The notes beneath the pieces are model-generated. The model saw nothing but the letters and a program-made list of their open reading frames with translations. It was not told the origin of the DNA and ran no database searches. Of a stretch of DNA of 64,000 nucleotides, positions 45,173 through 59,300 are shown piece by piece. Both the position numbers and the translations under genes were made by a program. The DNA is from Anthoceros angustus (taxonomy: Eukaryota > Plantae > Anthocerotophyta). Numbering within the stretch: position 1 is the first letter of the stretch; each line of letters begins with the position of its first letter. The stretch lies in contig VJWM01000222.1 in NCBI GenBank assembly GCA_010909165.1, positions 1 to 64,000 on the forward strand. The letters are read 5' to 3'.

Positions 45173-48100
45173 ATGTTGGAGTTGGTTCGGATGACAAGCC
45201 TACCTTCCGTTATGCGTCTTTGATTGAGTAGAGTTGGGTGAGCCGTGGGTTGACCTAGCTTGCATCCGTGGGCGTGTTATCTCTTGTGTAGAGCAGGTCA
45301 TGGGGAATGGCTGTCCGTACTAACTGATTGTGTCGAGTTGGGAGGACATAAGTGCACAAGTCACGGTTGAGGGCATCTCATGGATTTGAAGCTCCAGTGA
45401 CATACTTAATATCAAAATGAAGTCTCGCTAGGAATATCAAAGTTACTTAATATCAAAGTTGAAGTCTAGGAATATCAAAGTTGAAGTCGCTAGGGGCCGA
45501 GCAAAGTTGAAGTCTGCTAGGTACTCGGCCCACCTCCTTTGCCGAGCTCGATTTGGTTGATCAAGAAATCAAGTGAATGGTGATCTGTGTTGCAGATGAA
45601 CGGTTGTCCTAATAGGTAGTGTCTCCACACCGAGGCGTGAACTATGGCCAGCATTTCTTTGTCGTGGACGGATAGTTGTGAGCCCCTTGTAGTTTTTGAT
45701 TCATATGCAATCACCGCCATGTTGTGTTAGCATATAGCAAAGTCGATGCATCGGTGTGTACTACGTAGGGAGCTTGAGGGTCGTAGGACGAGGGCCGCCA
45801 GGGGCCGCTTTAGGGTTTGGAACGCTTGACCGGGGGAGTTGGAGGGGTTGACTAGGCCTGGCGGAGGGCATCGAGGGAACATATCTTCAAATCTTTGATA
45901 AAGCGATAGAAACTGCGAGGCCAAGAAACCTCTCGCAACATGTCTTGAGGTAAGGGCCACTCTTCAATGACCTTGATTTTTCTAGGGTCTACGTGGATGC
46001 CTTGGGCAATGATATGACCTAGATACTCACACTCAAAGTTGCATGAATTAATGATATACAATGTTGATATCATAGTTAGGGTTTAGGGTTATCCATATAT
46101 CACCAAGATATGATAAGTTAGGGTTTACTAGATATGGTGTCGTTTCATAGGGTTACGCTCCTAAGTGAATAGATACAACGATTCATTAAGTTTAGTTTTA
46201 GTTGTCTTTTCACGCATAAGCAACTTACTTCTTTCTTGATCCAACAAGGTGTCGTTTCATTAGGGTTACGTCTCCTAAGTGAATAGATACAATGATTCAT
46301 TAAGTTTAGTTTTAGTTGTCTTTTCACGCATAAGCAACTTACTTCTTTCTTGATCCAACAATGTAATTATTCTATAATGTTTAATTGATCTACATTAGTC
46401 CATAAAATCTTCATGAATACGCACTTGCTACGCTTGGCTGGGAGTTGGTGTTTCCACTCGTTGCATGAATACGCACTTGCTACGCTTGGCTAGGAGTTGG
46501 TGTTTCCACTCGTTGCATGAATACGCACTTGCTACGCTTGGCTAGGAGTTGGTGTTTCGGAGTAAGGTAAAGACTTCTCTAACAAGTTTGTAGTGTGTTT
46601 GCATCCTTAGAGTAGATGAGGATATCATCTAACACGCCCACCTCTCCCCCAGGGACGGAGGACTTCTTGCATCGAAACATCAAAGGTGGCGGGGCGTTAG
46701 TAAGACCAAATGGCATGACAACAAACTCAAAATGACCATGACAGAATGCGCTTTGTACTCGCCACCTTCGTGGATACGATTCGATGGAAGCCTGACCTTA
46801 AGTCGATTTTCGTGAACAGCGTGGAGCCATGGAGTTGATCTAGGATGTCGTCAATCCGCGGCATTTGGTAAACATTTCGCACTGTTGCTCTGTTCAACCT
46901 ACGATAGTCGATGCAGAGTCGCCATGCTCCATCTGGTTTGGCGACCAGTAAAACGGGTGCGCCAAAGGGTGAGACAGAGGGTCTCACAAACCTACGATAG
47001 TCGATGTAGAGTTGCCATGCTCCATCGGTTTGGTGACTGAAAGAAAGCGTAAAGGGTGAGATGAGGGTCTCACAAACCCACCGCCAGAACTCATCCACTT
47101 GTCGCTTGATCCATGCTCCATCGGTTTGGCGACCGATAAAACGGGCGCCAAAGGGTGACAGAGTCTCACAAACCCAGCCAGAACTCATCCACTTGTCGCT
47201 TGATCTCTCGCCGATGCTCGTATGGAGGCATATTGATCGGTGTATGTCGGTGGGAGGTCGATGCGGTGGTCGACGCCTCCTAGGTGGTAGGTCTGAGGTG
47301 TTTCAAGACATGATCTCTCGGCCGATGCTCGTATGGAGGCATATTGACTGGTGTATGTCCAGGTAGGAGGTCGATGCCGTGGTCGACGCTCCTCCTAGGT
47401 GGTAGGTCTGTAGGTGTTTCGAAGACATGATCTTCTCGCTTTCTGCTGCTGATGCTCTGTATGGAGGCATATTGGTGGTGTATGTCGGTGGGAGGTCGAT
47501 CGGTGGTCAACGCTCCTCCTAGGTGGTAGGTGCAGAGGTGTTTTGAAGATGTCTTGAACTCCTTCAACATCTCACGCATGTACTGTGGAGCATGTCTTCT
47601 ATTGCTTCGCTTTAGCTGCCCTAGACTCGTGCCTCCTAGTGGCATCACCGCTGAGTCGCTATATACATGAACGCCTCTGGCTTTATTCAAAGTCGAGACA
47701 ACGAGGTGCTTGTCTGGAATGTATTTCTTGCATAAAGACGACCTCCTATGGACAAGGTAACTACGTTGTATTCGAACTCCTTCAACATCCGCCGCATGTA
47801 CTGGGAGCATGTCTTCTATTTCGGCTTAGTTGCCCTAGACTCGCTCCTAGTGGCATCACCGCTTGAGTCTCGCTATATACATGAACTGCCCGTGGGCGGT
47901 GGCTTTATTCAAAGTTGAGACAACGTAGAGGTGCTTGTCTGGAATGTATTTCTCCCCAGGCATTACAAACTGACGACCTCCTATGGACAAGGTAACTACG
48001 TTTGTATTCGAACTCCTTCAACATCTGCTGCATGTACTCATGGAGCATGTCTTCTATTGCTTCGGCTTTAGCTGCCCTAGACTCGGCCGTGCCTCCTAGT

Positions 48101-50360
48101 GGCATCACTCGCTTGAGTCTGGCTATATACATGAACTGCCCGTGGGCGGTGGCTTTATTCAAAGCTGAGACAACGTAGAGGTGCTTGTCTGGAATGTATT
48201 TTGACCCAGGCATTACAAACTGACGACCTCCTATGGACAAGGTAACTACGTTTGTATTCGAACTCCTTCAACATCCGCATGTACTGTGGAGCATGTCTTC
48301 TATTGCTTCGCTTTAGCGCCTAGACTCGGCCGTGCCTCCTAGTGGCATCACTGAGTCGCTATATACATGAACCGCCTGGGCGGTGGCTTTATTCAAAGCG
48401 AGACAACGTATTGCTTCGCTTTAGCGCCTAGACTCCTACTCGTGCCTCCTAGTGGCATCACCGCTGAGTCGGCTATACATGAATCGCCTGCGGGTGGCTT
48501 TATTCAAAGCCGAGACAACGAGGTGCTTGTCTGGAATGTATTTCTCCCGGCATTACAACCGACGACCTCCTATGGACAAGGTAACTACGTTTGTATTCCA
48601 GTCAATATCTAAGTTGTTGAAATGCAGTGCCAACCAAGGTTTCGATAATGATGTCATGGCATAGGTTCGGCATAACCGTGAGCTTCATGACTTCTGGTAT
48701 CCACCGTGGAAGGTATCTAAGTTGTTGGAATGTGCCAACCAAGGTTTACCGATAATGATGTCATGGCATAGGTTCGGCATAACCGTGAGCTTCATGACTT
48801 CCTGGTATCCACCAGGGAAGGTGAGCATGGCTTCTACCCACTGCTCTCGGCTGGTTTCTCTCTCATTGAGTGCGGTGACGAAGTCAGCCCTCACGGATCT
48901 TGTGCCCGTCACTGACCTTGAGATGTAGTGGTGACTCGCTCCTGAGTCCAACAACCCTGTGGCAAGTAGACCTTCTACTCCCATGAGGAGCTTGATGTGG
49001 ACATGGTTATTGCTAGTGAGAGAGTCCGGAGTACCTCCGTGGCACCTTGTTGACTCGTAATTCCTTTGTTGACTCGTAATTCCTTTGTTGACTCGTAATT
49101 CCTTTGTTGAATGAGCTCGTTTTGTAGGCTCAGCTGTAGGTTTCACGGACTTGCCGGTTTCTCACAACCAGGTTAGGAAGTCACGGCGATGAGGGCAGTT
49201 CCGAGAACCGTGGTCGGCAGTGTGAAGTGGCGTTGTCCATGTATTGCTTACGTTAGTCCTCTGTCAATACTTTGAACACCACCTTCTAAGCATGCAGCTT
49301 TGTTCCACTTGTTGTGTTCAAATACTTGTATTGTTGACTGTAATTCCTTGCATTGCTTACGTTAGTCTCTGTCAATACTTTGAACACCACCTTCTTGTCA
49401 AGCATGTGCGGCTTACGTTAGTCTCTGTCAATACTTTGAACACCACCTTCTTGTCAAGCATGTGCAGCTTTGTTCCACTTGGTTGTGTTCAAATACTTGT
49501 ATTTGTTGACTGTAATTCCTTTGTTGACTGTAATTCCTTGCACCACCTTCTTGTCAAGCATGCAAGACGTCATCTCCACCTTCTTGTCAAGCATGTGCAG
49601 CTTTGTTCCACTTGGTTGTGTTCAAATACTTGTATTTGTTGACTGTAATTCCTTTGTTGACTCAATTCCTTGCATTGCTTACGTCGCCCGCATCTCCGTC
49701 AATACTTTGAACACCACCTTCTTGTAAGCATGTGCGGCTTACGTTCGTCTCCTCTGTCAATACTTTGAACACCACCTTCTTGAAGCATGCGCTTTGTTCC
49801 ACTTGGTTGTGTTCAAATACTTGTATTGTTGACTGTAATTCCTTGCAGCTTTCATTGCCTCCCCTTCTTGTAAGCATGTGCGGCTTACGTTAGTCCTCTG
49901 TCAATACTTTGAACACCACCTTCTTGTCAAGCATGCAGCTTTGTTCCACTTGTGTTCAAATACTTGTATTTGTTGACTCAGTAATTCCTTGGCTTTCATT
50001 GCCTCCACCAAGGTGGGGGTTCGTTTGGTAGACGTCGCCCGCATCTCCGTCGTATGGTGGAGGTGGGGGTTCGTTTGGTAGATGTAGCTTTCATTGCCTC
50101 CCCTTCTTGTCAAGGCGTGGCATATCGGTGGTAAGAGAAAATGTGCAATAATCTTGAATGGTACCTTGTTGGGAGATAGTCCAAACTCTTGATATAGGTC
50201 CTTCCATGGTTGATGGGTAGGAATTGTTCTAGAAAGCTGTTATGCGAGGTCCATGAGTGGATGGGTTCCTCCATCCCGAGCTCCACTGTCGTTCCCTCTG
50301 CCGCCACCATCGATATGCGTACCCTTGAGGGACATGGTGCAAAACTGAATTTTCGATGGT
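45173..50360 (-). mobile_element. Gypsy family 2, copy 3 (RH, RT, PR, gag; LTR, chromodomain and most of IN deleted)
   Basis: RT ORF 46727-47188, protease LLDSGAS in ORF 48685-49146, gag at 50100-50350 with the same gag-to-array junction as copy 2. Confidence 0.88.
46049..46411. other. 363-bp AT-rich insertion flanked by CATGAAT direct repeats
   Basis: CATGAAT occurs at 46042-46048 and 46412-46418. The empty site in copy 1 reads GTTGCATGAATACGC. Confidence 0.75.
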
Positions 50361-53300
50361 CGAGAAGCTAGACATAAAACAACCATAATTTTCGATGGTC
50401 GAGAAGCTAGACATAAAACAACCATAAAGCCCTCACAAAATTGAATCTAGGTAAATTGTCCCCAAATCCATAGTCCGCTTAGTTTAAAACAAAATTGATT
50501 GCTCACGCTAGCAAATTGTCCCCAAATCCATAGTCCGCAGCTTAAGGAGGTGTCAGTACCGTGGTCACAAAAGTCACAGATCCATATCTTCAAATACAAA
50601 TCTTGGATTGGAATCTAGGTAAATTGTCCCCAAATCCATAGTCCGCCTCCAAATTAACCACTTTAAAGCTCATGGCGACGAATTCATAGTCCGCAGCTTA
50701 AAGCTCATGGCGACGAATTCATAGTCCGCTTAAGGAGGTGTCAGTACCGTGGTCACAAAAGTCACAGATCCTGGATATCTTCAAATACAAATCTTGGATT
50801 GGAATCTAGCAGTAAATTGTCCCCAAATCCATAGTCCGCACTCCAACTGCTTAAAAGCTCATGGCGACGACGAATTCATAGTCCGCACAGGGAGGGTGTC
50901 AAAGTACCGTGGTCACAAAAGTCACAGATCCCTGGATATCTTCAAATACAAATCTTGGTCCAAGCTGGCTTTTCAAGTCCTTCGAGGTCGAGTGTTAGTC
51001 CTTCCGAGGGGTCCAAGGATCCGTAACTTGCAACCATGGTACTTTGGTGGCGCCTGCCTCAAGCTTCGCCTATGAATTGCCATCCGCATGAGCTTTATTA
51101 AAAGCTTCAATGCGTTGTCGAGAGCCTTCCTTATGCCCCGCGAGGAGTGCCTTGTACTCTACCTTAGTAGATGAGACCGCCGAGGCTTTGGCTCAAGAAT
51201 GCGATTTCCTAGAGTACCTTAGTAGATGAGACCGCCGAGGCTTTGGCTCAAGAATGCGATTTCCTAGAGTACCTTAGTAGATGAGACTTGAGGCTTTGGC
51301 TCAAGAATGCGATTTCCGATAGGTTGTTTCAACAATAAACCAAATCCAGCCCTCTTCTTGTTGGATGCCCCGAGCACCATAGCTCCTACGACGTCGTCCT
51401 AGGGATTCACCGGATTTCATAGTGTAGCTTCATCCTTTGAGAGTACGACACATCTTTCCAAGCAAGCTTTCCCATAAAACCATGGAGATCCCTACATATA
51501 TATAGTGCCCAAGTCGATCGGGGTCCCCAAACGCCAACCTCCCCACCACCCTCAAGACTACCTCACTTCTTGCTGGCGATAACCATAGAGCTTCCTCCAT
51601 AAGGATAGGCCTCAACCAGTTGGGGCCCCCTAGAACGCCAACCTCGCACCGGTGCCCCACCACCCCAGTAAACTTTTACTCCACTTTCATTTCGGCCAAC
51701 CTCGCACTCATGGGGTATCTATTTTCTTTTTGGGAGGTTATTTTTGTTATTATTTTTCCTTTTGGGTTCGATTGTAGTCAAGTCTTAGACTCAAGCGATT
51801 CAAGTGTTTGCTTGGTTTAAAACAAAATTGATTGAGTCTTAGACTCAAGCAGCATTCAAGTGTCTCGCTTAGTTTAAAACCTAATTGATTGGAGTCTTAG
51901 ACTCAAGCGGCATTCAAGTGTCCGCTTAGTTTAAAAGAATTGAAAATTGATTGAGTCTTAGACTCAAGCAAAGATTCAAGTGTCCGCTTAGTTTAAAACC
52001 TAATTGATTGAGTCTTAGACTCAAGCGGCATTCAAGTGTCCGCTTAGTTTAAAAGAATTGATTGCTCACGCTAGCAAATGAAAGCTTTTTGGTTTATGGA
52101 AACCCTTCTAAAGTTATGCTGGGATGGTGGGGCACCGGTGCGAGGTTGGCGTATTTAGAGGCAAAAGAAAGCTCGCTCGTGGTGGTGGGGCACCAGGTGC
52201 GAGGTTGGTATTTAGACGCAAAAGAAAGCTCATAGGGGTGGTGGGGCACCGGTGCGAGGCTCGCAGATTTAGAGGCAAAAGAAAGCTCATGAGTGGTGGG
52301 GCACCAGGGTGCAAGGTTGGCGGTATTTAAAGGCAAAAGAAAGCTGGGTGGTGGGGCACCAGGTGCGAGGTTGGCGATTTAGATCTTTCTTTTGGTTTAT
52401 AGAAACCCTTTAAAGTTTACTGGGGTGGTGAGACCTTGAAGATCCGAGCAATTTTCTTGATTGTGTGTTTCCTTCTGGTGACAAGGCGTGATTTACAAAC
52501 TCCGAGCGCAAAATGGGTTGGCCACAGATTCGATCGCATTGGGGATCCTCACGCGGCAGACATCTTGTCATTTTGAAGATCGCATCGCCCTTACCCATAG
52601 GTAATGCAATCACATCCTACTTCTCGTGTGAAGTTTGTGGAGATAGTGCTGTAGTTAGTTTCTCCCCCATTGCTGAGGGTGTAGCTACGGAGTGAGCACC
52701 ATCAAGGTTAAACTTCATAATCTCCTTGATGTATTTTTTCTGATGGAGAGTAATTGTGCCCAGATCCCTGTTTCGCAAAATCTGAATACCAAGGCAAAAT
52801 TGAAGGTCTCCTTGATTAGTCATCTCGAGTTCCTGACGGAGCATGTCCTTGACCCGAGCTAGCTGACCCGCCAGTGCTTGCCATCACGGCCATTCAGGGC
52901 TTAGTACGACGGTGGATCCGCCTAACATCCAAACATGTAAGTCAAACATTAGCGCCCGTCTCAAGTCAAGCTGATATGGGCTCAACCCATTCCTCACGTG
53001 ATCGCCTTTCTCTTGTTGGGTATCGAGGAGGAGGAGCAACTCCCACTTCAAAGAATGGGCTCAACCTCAACCAAACATCAAGGTCAAAGATCGTAAACAT
53101 GATCTTGAGTCGGATCTCAAGATTGTAATGACTATTCGCCTTTCTCTTGTTGGGTATCGAGGAGGAGCAACTCCCACTTGAATGGGCTCAACCTCAACAA
53201 ACATCAAGGTCAAGCAGATCGTAAACATGATCTCAACCTCAACCGAAACATCAAGGTCGAAGATCGTAAACATGATCTCAACCTCAACCGAAACATCAAG

Positions 53301-56300
53301 GTCAGCAGCATCAGAAACATGATCTCAACCTCAACCGAAACATCAAGGTCAAGAAAGATCGAAACATGATCTTCGAGTCGGATCTCAAGATTGTAATGAC
53401 TATTCACCATCTCCGAGTCATGTGCATCGGAGAAGAGGAATTTCACCCTCATCAACACATGGTTCCTGAGATTGTGGGACCACATCATCCAGACCAGCAA
53501 AATCGTCTTGAGAAGGAACCTCTCCGTCCGACACTGGATACTCATAAGGTACCTGAGGTTGTTGAATGTCACTGTCTGGGAAGAGCTCTGATGAAGATGA
53601 TCTAGCACTGTGTGGATAATACAAATTCTGTACATGAGTATCAGACCTTGGCGTTGTCAGTTCTGTGAAGCATGCACTTATAGACAAGGTAATCTTCAAA
53701 GTGACCGGGTCAAACAGTTTGTAAGCCTTAGACTCTTCAGAATAGTCTAGAAAAATTAATGGCTGTGACTTGTCATCTAACTTCTGCTTGGCTTCGTGTA
53801 CATAGGCAAACGGTGACCAAGACTCGAGGTAAAATCCACAAGGAGACTAGAACCTTCAGCTACAATCCATGAAGAGTAGTCTAGAAAAATTAATGGTGAC
53901 TTGTCATCTAACTTTTGGCGTACATAGGCAAACGGTGACCAAGACTTTGAGGTGTAAAATCCACAAGGAGACTAGAACCTTCTACAATCCAACCCAAAAA
54001 AAAAAGAAACAAAATGACCTCCCAAAAAGAAGCTAGAAACAAAGCAATCAAAAACCCTCACAAAATTCAAGAGAGATTGAGCCTTAAGCTACAACCCAAC
54101 CCAAAAATAAAAATAACAAAGAAACCCAACCCAAAATAAAAATAACAAAGATAACCTCCATTTCTAGCAATCAAGAAACCTCACAAAACTCTAAAGAGCG
54201 ATTGAGCCTTAAGCTACAACCCAATCAAGAAACCCTCACAAAATCAAGAGCGATTGAGCCTTAAGCTACAACCCAAAATAACAATAACAAAGATGACCTC
54301 CAAAAAGAATAACCCACAAATAACACCTCCAAAAATAAAGAATAACCTCCACAAATAACACCTCAAGAATAACCTCCACAAATAACACCTCAAAAAGAAT
54401 AACCTCCACAACAACACCCAAAAAGAATAACCTCACAAATAACAAAGATGACCTCCAAAAAGAATAAGCTCCACCAAAAAAGAATAACTCCACAAATAAC
54501 AAAGATGACCTCCAAAAAAGAATAACCTCCATTTCTAGCAATCAAAAACCTCACAAAACTCAAGAGCGATTGGAGCCTTAAGCTACAACCCAACCCAAAA
54601 TAAAAATAACAAAGATAACATCCATTTCTAGCAATCAAAAACCTCACAAAACTCAAGAGCGATTGAGCCTTAAGCTACAACCCAACCCAAAATAAAAATA
54701 ACAAAGATAACCTCCATTTCTAGCAATCAAAAACCCTCACAAAACTCAAGAGCGATTGAGCCTTAAGCTACAACCCAACCCAAAAATAAAAATAACAAAG
54801 ATGACCCAAAAAAAGAATAACCTCCATTTCTAGCAATCAAAAACCCTCACAAAATCAAGAGCGATTGAGCCTTAAGCTACAACCCAAAATAAGAGCGATT
54901 GAGCCTTAAGCTACAACCCAACCCAAAAATAAAAATAACAAAGATGACCCAAAAAAAAGAATAACCTCCATTTCTAGCAATCAAAAACCCTCACAAAATT
55001 AAGAGCGATTGGAGCCTTAAGCTACAACCCAACCCAAAAATAAAGAATATCTTTGCCAACCCAAAAAAAAATAACAAAGATGACCCAAAAAGAATAACCT
55101 CCATTTCTAGCAATCAAAAACCCTCACAAAATTAATAGCGATTGAGCCTTAAGCTACAACCCAACCCAAAAATAAAAAATAACAAAGATAATCTACAAAA
55201 AAAGAAGCTAGAAACAAAACAACCATAAAGCCCTCACAAAATTGGAATCTAGCGTAAATGTTCCCAAATCCATAGGAAAGCTCTCCAAATTTAACTGCTG
55301 ATTAAAAGCTCATGGTGACGACGAACCCAAAAATAAAGAATAACAAAGATAACCTCCAAAAAGAGAAGCTAGACATAAAACAACCATAAAGCCCTCACAA
55401 AATTGGAATCTAGCAGTAAATTGTCCCCAAATCCATAGTCCGCAGCTTAAAGCTCATGGCAAAATTCATAGTCCGCTAAAGGTGTAAATTGTCCCCAAAT
55501 CCATAGTCCGCGACAATTTTTAAAGCTCATGGCGACATAATTCATAGTCCGCAGCTTAAGGGAGGGTGTCAGCACCGTGGTCACAAAGTCACAGATCCCT
55601 GGATATCTTCAAATACAAATCTTGGTCCAAGCTGGCTTTTCAAGTCCTTCGAGGTCGAGCAAGTTAGTCCTTCCGAGGGGTCCAAGGATCAGAACTTTGC
55701 GACCATGGTACTTTGGTGGCGCCTGCCTCAAGCTTCGCCTATGACCATCCGCATGAGCTTTATTAAAAGCTTCAATGCGTTGTCGAGAGCCTTCCTTATG
55801 CCCCGCGAGGAGTGCCTTGTACTCTACCTTAGTAGATGAGACCTGAGGCTTTGGCTCAAGAATGCGATTTCTAGAGTACCTTAGTAGATGAGACCTGAGG
55901 CTTTGGCTCGCAAGAATGCGATTTCCTAGAGTACCTTAGTAGATGAGACCTGAGGCTTTGGCTCGCAAGAATGCGATTTCCGATAGGTTGTTTCAACAAT
56001 AAACCAAATCCAGCCCTCTTCTTGTTGGATGCCCCGAGCACCATAGCTCCTACGACGTCATCCTAGGGATTCACCGATTTCATAGTGTAGCTTCATCCTT
56101 TGAGAGTACGACACATCTTTCCGAGCAAGCTTTCCCATAAAACCATGGAGATCCCTACATATATATAGTGCCCAAGTCGATCAGGTCCCCAAACGCCAAC
56201 CTCCCCACCACCCTCAAGACTACCTCACTTCTTGCCTGGCGATAACCATAGAGCTTCCTCCATAAGGATAGGCCTCAACTAAAGTTGGGGCCCCCTAGAA

Positions 56301-59300
56301 CGCCAACCTCGCACCCCTGGTGCCCCACCACCCCAACAGAAACTTTACTCCACTTTCATTTCGGCCGCCAACCTCGCACTCATGGGGTATCTATTTTCTT
56401 TTTGGGAGGTTATTTTGTTATTATTTTTCCTTTTGGGTTCGATTGTAGTCAAGTCTTAGACTCAAGCAAGATTCAAGTGTTTGCTTGGTTTAAAACAAAA
56501 TTGATTGGAGTCTTAGACTCAAGCAAGATTCAAGTGTCCGCTTAGTTTAAAACCTAATTGATTGGAGTCTTAGACTCAAGCGCATTCAAGTGTCTCGCTT
56601 AGTTTAAAGAATTGAAAATTGATTGGAGTCTTAGACTCAAGATTCAAGTGTCTCGCTAGTTTAAAACCTAATTGATTGGAGTCTTAGACTCAAGCATTCA
56701 AGTGTCCGCTTAGTTTAAAACAATTGATTGCTCACGCTAGCAAATGAAAGCTTTTGGGTTTATGGAAACCCTTCTAAAGTTATCTGGGATGGTGGGGCAC
56801 CGTGGTGCGAGGTTGGCGGTATTTAGAGGCAAAAGAAAGCTCGCTGTGGTGGTGGGGCACCAAGGGTGCAAGGTTGGCGTATTTAGACGCAAAAGAAAGC
56901 TCAGGGTGGTGGGGCACCAGTGCGAGGCTCGCAGATTTAGAGGCAAAAGAAAGCTCACTGGAGTGGTGGGGCACCAAGGGTGCAAGGTTGGCGTATTTAA
57001 AGGCAAAAGAAAGCTCGCTGGGGGTGGTGGGGCACCAGCGGTGCGAGGTTGGCGGTATTTAGATCTTTCTTTTGGGTTTATAGAAACCCTTTTAAAGTTT
57101 ACACTGGGGGTGGTGAGACCTTGAAGATCTGAGCAATTTTGCTGATTGTGTGTTTCCTTCGTGGTGACAAGGCGTGATTTACAAACTCCCAGCGAGCGCA
57201 AAATGGGTTGGCCACGAGATTTCGACTGCATTGGGGATCCCTGCCTGTGGCGCAGCGGATCTTGTCATTTTGAAGACTGCCGCATCTGCCCTTACCCATA
57301 GGTAATGCAATCACATCCTACTTCTCGTGTGAAGTTTGTGGAGATAGTGCTGTAGTTAGTTTCTCCCCCATTGCTGAGGGTGTAGCTACGGAGTGAGCAC
57401 CATCAAGGTTAAACTTTTTCATAATCTCCTTGATGTATTTTTTTTGATGGAGAGTAATTGTGCCCGGATCCTGCTTCGCAAAAATCAATACCAAGGCAAA
57501 ATTGAAGGTCTCCTTGATTAGTCATCTCGAATCGACGGAGCATGTCCTTGACCCGAGCTAGTGACCCGCTTGCTTGCCATCACGGCCATTCAGGCTTGAG
57601 TACGACGGTGGATCCGCCTAACATCCAAACATGTAAGTCGAAACATTAGCAGCTCAAGTCAAGCGATATGGGGCTCAACCCATTCCTCACGTGATCGCTT
57701 TCTCTTGTTGGGTATCGAGGAGGAGGAGCAACTCCACTTGAATGGGCTCAACCTCAACCAAACATCAAGACAAACATGATCTTCTCGAGTCGGATCAAGA
57801 TTGTAATGACTATTCGCCTTTCTCTTGTTGGGTATCGAGGAGGAGCAACTCCACTTCAAAGAATGGGCTCAACCTCAACCGAAACATCAAGGTCGCAGAT
57901 CGAAACATGATCTCAACCTCAACCGAAACATCAAGGTCAGCAGATCAAACATGATCTCAACCTCAACCTCAAAAACATCAAGAAGATCGTAAACATGATC
58001 TCAACCTCAACCAAACATCAAGGTCAAGAAGATCGAAACATGATCTCAACCTCAACCGAAACATCAAGGTCAAGAAGATCGAAACATGATCTCAACCTCA
58101 ACCAAACATCAAGGTCAGATCAAACATGATCTCAACCTCAACAAACATCAAGGTCGAGATCGAAACATGATCTCAACCTCAACCGAAACATCAAGGTCGA
58201 GATCGAAACATGATCTTCTCGAGTCGGATCTCAAGATTGTAATGACTATTCACCATCTCCGAGTCATGTGCATCGCAAGAAGAGGACTCACCCTCATCAA
58301 CACATGGTTCCCGAGATTGTGGGACCACATCATCCGACAGCAAAATTGTGAGAAGGAACCTCCGTCCGGCTAATCGGATACTCATAAGGTACCGAGGTTG
58401 TTGAATGTCACCGTCTGGGAAGAGCTCGATGAAGATGATCTAGCACCGTGGATAATACAAATTCTACATGAGTATCGACTGCTGCCGGCCTGAAGCATGC
58501 ACTTATAGACAAGGTAATCTTCAAAGTGACCGGGTCAAACAGTTTGTAAGCCTTAGACTCTTCAGAATAGTCTAGAAAAATTAATGGCTGTGACTTGTCA
58601 TCTAACTTCTTGCGTTTGGCTTCAGGTACATAGGCAAACGCTGGTGACCCGAAGACTCTGAGGTGTAAAATCCACAAGGAGACTAGAACCTTCAGCTACA
58701 ATCCATGAAGAGTAGTCTAGAAAAATTAATGGCTGTGACTTGTCATCTAACTTCTTGCTTGGCTTCGTGTACATAGGCAAACGGTGACCAAGACTGAGGT
58801 GTAAAATCCACAAGGAGACTAGAACCTTCAGCTACAATCCAACCCAAAAGGAAAACAAAGAAACAAAATGACCTCCCAAAAAGAAGCTAGAAACAAAGCA
58901 ATCAAAAACCTCACAAAAATTAAGAGAGATTGGAGTCTTAAGCTACAACCCAACCCAAAAATAAAAAATAACAAAGAAACCCAACCCAAAAATAAAAAAT
59001 AACAAAGATAACCTCCATTTCTAGCAATCAAGAAACCCTCACAAAACTCAAAAGAGCGATTGGAGCCTTAAGCTACAACCCAATCAAGAAACCCTCACAA
59101 AACTCTGAAGAGCGATTGGAGCCTTAAGCTACAACCCAACCGAAAAATAACAAATAACAAAGATGACCTCCAAAAAAAAAGAATAACCTCCACAAATAAC
59201 ACCTCCAAAAAAAAAAGAATAACCTCCATTTCTAGCAATCAAAAAACCCTCACAAAACTCTGAAGAGCGATTGGAGCCTTAAGCTACAACCCAACCCAAA

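Noticed and set aside
46070-46130. Telomere or interstitial telomeric array
   Set aside because: Only two or three imperfect TTTAGGG-like units, inside a short insert.
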